Positions 59,809 to 64,000 of a stretch of DNA of 64,000 nt are shown one piece after another. The stretch lies in NCBI GenBank assembly GCA_965202675.1, contig OZ241842.1, positions 2,098,918-2,162,917 of the forward strand, read 5' to 3'. A program made the translations under genes and the position numbers. The notes under the pieces were generated by a model. That model saw only the letters and a list, made by a program, of their open reading frames with translations, was not told the origin of the DNA and searched no databases. The stretch's first letter is position 1, and every line of letters begins with the position of its first letter. The DNA is from Candidatus Spongiisociaceae bacterium (GTDB lineage: Bacteria; Actinomycetota; Acidimicrobiia; Spongiisociales; Spongiisociaceae).

Positions 59809-61032
59809 TCATAGGTAGGTCTGCCGCTCGAAACCGTCTATCAGCTGCTCCACCCGGCCCATCTCCTCCATGATGTTTTGCGGGTCGAGGTTGCCCGCCA
59901 ATACGCCCTCGCCGTCCACCACCGCGATGGGAAGCCCCCGCCCCGCCGCCGCGTACACGTTGTTGAGGGTGGTCTCGGGTGACGCCGTGTCGAAGTCGGA
60001 GCGGAGCGAGGCAATCAGGTTCTTGGCCCCTTCCGCCATGGCCTTCATGGCGGCTGAAGCCGTGAGCAGTCCGGTGGGGCGGCCCTGGGGGTCGCAGACG
60101 AAGGCCCCGGTCCGGTCGCCTAGCAGGGTCAGGGCTTCGGCCGGGGCCAAGGCGGGGTCGATCGGATCGGGCGGGGTCATGACCTCGTGGCATTCGATCA
60201 CCCGCCCCTGATCGACGTCCTGGACGAACTCGGCCACGTAGGCAGTGGCAGGCTCGGTGAGGATCTCCTCCGGAGTGCCGATCTGCACCACCGCCCCGTC
60301 CTTCATGATGCAAACCCGGTCGCCGATGCGCAGGGCCTCGTTCAGGTCGTGGGTGATGAACAGGATGGTTTTGTGCACCTCGCTCTGGATATCCATGAGC
60401 TCGTCCTGCATCTGGCGGCGGATGAGGGGGTCGAGGGCCGAGAAGGCCTCGTCCATCAGCAGGATGTCCGGGTCCGAGGCCAGCGCTCGAGCCAGCCCCA
60501 CCCGCTGCTGCATGCCGCCCGACAGCTCCCGCGGCAGGCTGAGCGCATAGGGCTGGAGGCCTACCAGGGCGAGAGCCTTCATGGAGGCTTCGTCCCGTTC
60601 CTCCTTGCTCACGCCCTGTACCTTGAGGCCGTAACCGACGTTGTAAATCACGTTGCGGTGCGGAAACAGGGCGAAATGCTGGAACACCATGCCCATCTTC
60701 TCCCGGCGGAAGGCCTGGAGCGGGGCGCCGAACAGCTGTTGAACGTCGGTTCCGTCCACCCACACCCGGCCGGCGGTGGCCTCGAACAGTTTGTTGACGG
60801 TGCGCAGGACGGTGGACTTGCCGGACCCGGAGAGGCCCATCACCACGAAGATTTCGCCCCGAGGGACCGAGAAGGACACGTCGCTGATTCCCACCACGTG
60901 GCCCGACTGGCGGAGCACTTCATCTTTCCCCACCCCGGCCTTGACGAGGTCGAAGGCGCGTCCGTGCGGCTGGGGGCCGAATATCTTGTAGACACTTTCG
61001 AGGCGGATCAGGTCGTTGCCGTTTTCCTCCAA
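59809..61032 (-). CDS. proV: Glycine betaine ABC transporter ATP-binding subunit
   Basis: GLSGSGKST, LSGGMQQRVGLARAL, LMDEAFSALDP, FITHDLNEA, C-terminal CBS pair; start set at TTG 61032 (the ORF track starts at 61083). Confidence 0.93.
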   Translation of the reverse strand: MEENGNDLIRLESVYKIFGPQPHGRAFDLVKAGVGKDEVLRQSGHVVGISDVSFSVPRGEIFVVMGLSGSGKSTVLRTVNKLFEATAGRVWVDGTDVQQLFGAPLQAFRREKMGMVFQHFALFPHRNVIYNVGYGLKVQGVSKEERDEASMKALALVGLQPYALSLPRELSGGMQQRVGLARALASDPDILLMDEAFSALDPLIRRQMQDELMDIQSEVHKTILFITHDLNEALRIGDRVCIMKDGAVVQIGTPEEILTEPATAYVAEFVQDVDQGRVIECHEVMTPPDPIDPALAPAEALTLLGDRTGAFVCDPQGRPTGLLTASAAMKAMAEGAKNLIASLRSDFDTASPETTLNNVYAAAGRGLPIAVVDGEGVLAGNLDPQNIMEEMGRVEQLIDGFERQTYL

Positions 61033-61164
61033 ACCGCTTCCTTCCCGCTCGCCTGGGGTCCAAGGGGCGCCGCGCCGAAACATCTAGACGGGGCCGAGCC
61101 CGCCCAAGACTCTACTAGCAGAGATGCGCCCGCCGCGCCTGCCGAAAAATCGGAGCTTTTCTAC

Positions 61165-61185
61165 AAGTTCCGCACTGTGGAACTT
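61165..61185. promoter_or_regulatory. Inverted repeat, possible operator between divergent proV and fhs
   Basis: AAGTTCC-gCAcTGt-GGAACTT. Confidence 0.45.
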
Positions 61186-61260
61186 TTCCGTATCATGGTA
61201 GCACAGGGCCGGGTTGGTATGAAAGTCCGACCGGGCAGAACCTACATCTAGGAGTCCCTG

Positions 61261-63030
61261 ATGAGCGCCCAATCCGGTTTTCCATCGGATCTGGAGATCG
61301 CCCAGGCGGCCGTCCCCAGACCCATCGCCGAGGTGGCCGAGTCGATCGGCGTCCGTCCGGAGGAGCTGATTCCCTACGGCGAGACCAAGGCCAAGGTGCA
61401 CCTCGACATCCTCCGCCGGATCGGCGGCCGTCCGCCCGGCAAGTACATCGACGTGACCGCCGTTACCCCTACCCCGCTGGGGGAGGGCAAGACCACCACC
61501 ACCATCGGTCTGGTGCAGGGCCTCGGAGTGCTCGGACGCAAGGCAATCGCCGCCATTCGCCAACCTTCGATGGGGCCCACCTTCGGCATCAAGGGGGGGG
61601 CGGCGGGCGGCGGATACAGCCAGGTCATCCCCATGGACGAGTTCAACCTGCACCTCACCGGCGACATGCACGCCCTCGGCGTGGCCCACAACCTGGCGGC
61701 CGCCGCCCTTGACGCCCGTTGGTACCACGAGCAGCGGATGAGCGATGAAGCGCTCGAGGCCCTGGGGCTGGAACGCCTGGACATCGACATGTTCCGCACC
61801 CAGTGGCGGCGGGTGGTGGACGTCAACGACCGGGCGCTGCGCAATGTGGTGGTGGGGCTGGGGGGCCGCCTGGACGGACGCCCCCGCGAGACCGGCTACG
61901 ACATCACGGTGGCCTCCGAGCTGATGGCCATCCTGGCCCTGGCCGACGGGGAGGACTACGCCTCGGCTCTGCGCGACCTGCGCCGCCGCTGCGCCCGCGT
62001 GGTGGTCGGCGCCGACGGATCGGGCCGCCCCCTCACCCTCGAAGACCTGGGCGCGGCGGGGGCGGCAACCGTGCTGATGAAGGACACCCTCCATCCCAAC
62101 CTGATGCAGACCCTGGAAGGCCAGGCCGCCTTTGTGCACGCCGGGCCGTTCGCCAACATCGCCCACGGCAACTCCTCCATCCTGGCCGACCGGGTGGCCC
62201 TCCTCCTGGGCGACTACGTGGTTACCGAGTCCGGTTTCGGCGCCGACATGGGCGCCGAGAAGTTCTTCCACATCAAATGCCGCACCTCCGGCCTGGTCCC
62301 CGACGCCGTGGTGCTGGTGGCCACCGTCCGGGCCCTCAAGACCCACGGCGGGGGGCCCAGGGTGGTTCCGGGGCGGCCGCTGGACGAGGCCTACACCAGC
62401 GAGAACCTGCCCCTGCTGTCGGCCGGCCTCGACAACCTGGCCGCCCATATCGAGATGATCCGCCGGTTCGGGATTCCGGTGGTGGCGGCCGTCAACACCT
62501 TCCCCACCGATACGCGCCGGGAGACCGACGCGGTCATGGCGGCGGCGCTCGAGGCGGGCGCAACGGCCGCCGCGCCCGCATCCCATTGGGCGGAGGGCGG
62601 TCCTGGGGCCGTGGAGCTGGCCGGGGCGGTGGTAGAGGCCTGCGAGCAGCCCAACGACTTCCGCTTCCTCTACCCGCTGGACTGGTCGATCAAGGAGAAG
62701 ATCGAGGCCGTGGCGGCCTCTGTCTACGGCGCGGGAGGGGTGGACTACTCAAAGGAGGCGGAGGGCCAGATCGCCCGGTTCGAGCAGGACGGGTACGGCG
62801 GCCTGCCTATTTGCATGGCCAAGACGCACCTGTCGATCTCCCACGATCCGGCGTTGAAGGGCCGCCCGACCGGATACCGGCTTCCGGTGCGTGAAGTGCG
62901 GGCGTCGGCGGGGGCCGGGTTCATCGTGCCGCTGCTGGGAGAGGTCCGCACCATGCCCGGCCTCGGCGCCCGGCCTGCCTATATGAACGTGGACATCGAC
63001 GAAGACGGCCGGATCGTGGGGCTGTTCTGA
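61261..63030 (+). CDS. fhs: Formate--tetrahydrofolate ligase
   Basis: TPTPLGEGKTTT, RQPSMGPTFGIKGGAAGGGYSQV, FNLHLTGD, HAGPFANIAHG, CMAKTHLS, TMPGL. Confidence 0.97.
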   Translation: MSAQSGFPSDLEIAQAAVPRPIAEVAESIGVRPEELIPYGETKAKVHLDILRRIGGRPPGKYIDVTAVTPTPLGEGKTTTTIGLVQGLGVLGRKAIAAIRQPSMGPTFGIKGGAAGGGYSQVIPMDEFNLHLTGDMHALGVAHNLAAAALDARWYHEQRMSDEALEALGLERLDIDMFRTQWRRVVDVNDRALRNVVVGLGGRLDGRPRETGYDITVASELMAILALADGEDYASALRDLRRRCARVVVGADGSGRPLTLEDLGAAGAATVLMKDTLHPNLMQTLEGQAAFVHAGPFANIAHGNSSILADRVALLLGDYVVTESGFGADMGAEKFFHIKCRTSGLVPDAVVLVATVRALKTHGGGPRVVPGRPLDEAYTSENLPLLSAGLDNLAAHIEMIRRFGIPVVAAVNTFPTDTRRETDAVMAAALEAGATAAAPASHWAEGGPGAVELAGAVVEACEQPNDFRFLYPLDWSIKEKIEAVAASVYGAGGVDYSKEAEGQIARFEQDGYGGLPICMAKTHLSISHDPALKGRPTGYRLPVREVRASAGAGFIVPLLGEVRTMPGLGARPAYMNVDIDEDGRIVGLF

Positions 63031-63076
63031 GGTGCGGGGCGCAGGGCCCGGGGCCGCTGAGTAGATATTGCCTAAC

Positions 63077-63107
63077 GCAATAATTAACCTGCCGCATAAA
63101 TTATTGC
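63077..63107. promoter_or_regulatory. AT-rich inverted repeat upstream of fdh
   Basis: GCAATAATT-13 bp-AATTATTGC. Confidence 0.45.
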
Positions 63108-63133
63108 ACCGGAGCGCGAAGGGAGGTTGATTG

Positions 63134-64000
63134 ATGCCTAAGACGGCGCTCCCCCGTTTGACCACCCCGTACATCCGACGGGACGGCGAGCTGGCGGCGG
63201 CTTCCTGGGACGAGGCGCTGGCGGCGGCCGCGGCCGGCTTGGCCGGCCATCGCGTCGACTCGTACGCGATGCTCTCGTGTTCCAAGGCCTCCAACGAGGT
63301 GAACTACCTCGCCCAGAAGTTCGCCCGGGTGGTCATGGGTTCCAACAACATCGATTCGTGCAACCGCACCTGACACGCTCCTTCGGTCGCCGGTCTGGCG
63401 TCCATGCTGGGAGCGGGGGGAGGGACCTCCTCCTACGAAGAGATCGAGAACACGGATGTGATCCTCCTGTGGGGATCCAACGCCCGCGAGACGCATCCGA
63501 TCTTCTTCCACCACATCATGAAGGGCGTGCGCAACGGCGCGTCCTTGTATGCGATAGATCCGAGGCGCACCTCCTCGGCCATGTGGGCGGACGTATGGCT
63601 CGGGATCGATGTGGGCGCCGACATCGCCCTGGCCAACACGGTTGCGCGCGAGATCATCGCCGCCGGCCTCCACAACCGGGAGTTCATCGACCGGGTCACC
63701 TACGGGTTCGACGTCTACGCCGGGCGGATCGACCACTGGACCCTGGAGCGGGGGGAGGAGGTAACCGGCGTCCCCGCCGAGGTTATCCGCCGCATGGCGC
63801 ACGACTACGCCTCGGCCGACCGCGCCCAGATCTGCTGGACGCTGGGCATCACCGAGCACCACACGGGCACCGACAATGTAAGGGCGCTCATCGACCTGGC
63901 TCTTATCACCGGCCATGTAGGCCGTTACGGATCCGGCTTGGTGCCGATTCGCGGCCAGAACAACGTTCAGGGCGGGGGGGACATGGGGGCTCTCCCCGAC
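63134..64000 (+). CDS. fdhF: Selenocysteine-containing formate dehydrogenase alpha subunit (3' truncated by window edge)
   Basis: NIDSCNRT-UGA-HAPSVAGL; the frame continues through WGSNARETHPIFFHH and RGQNNVQGGGDMG; UGA at 63371-63373. Confidence 0.93.
63385..63403 (+). promoter_or_regulatory. Bacterial SECIS hairpin
   Basis: GGTCGCC-GGTCT-GGCGTCC starting 11 nt after UGA; same spacing and loop as the E. coli fdhF SECIS. Confidence 0.85.

Overview
High-GC actinobacterial chromosome segment. WhiB, an F420-dependent LLM enzyme and the codon style suggest Acidimicrobiia, which is an inference. Core genes are clpP-clpX-valS, selA-selB, whiB, tRNA-Pro(CGG), ppc, fhs and a selenocysteine formate dehydrogenase with an in-frame UGA and SECIS. 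A glycine-betaine cluster comprises three ProX, two extended ProW, ProV, an MttB-type methyltransferase and a GcvT-type dehydrogenase. Accessory DNA falls into four blocks. (i) A defence island at about 6.4-19.9 kb holds a type I R-M operon (hsdM with two frameshifts), an IS5, two ABC-ATPase plus TOPRIM-like (DUF4276) pairs, the collapsed remnant of a second R-M operon and an orphan higA. (ii) An island next to tRNA-Pro holds a tightly coupled operon: 56-aa Thr/Asp/Glu-rich peptide, graspetide-type ATP-grasp ligase, Pycsar-effector-like membrane protein, degenerate ORF and Xre-ImmA. (iii) An IS110 whose left end folds like a bridge RNA with guides matching its own ends and target. (iv) A dispersed, promoter-bearing structured repeat family in four copies, one strongly diverged but with compensatory changes, repeatedly found at the edges of foreign DNA and itself the IS110 target. 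No CRISPR array or rRNA was seen. All identifications are by eye from motifs; no database search was run.
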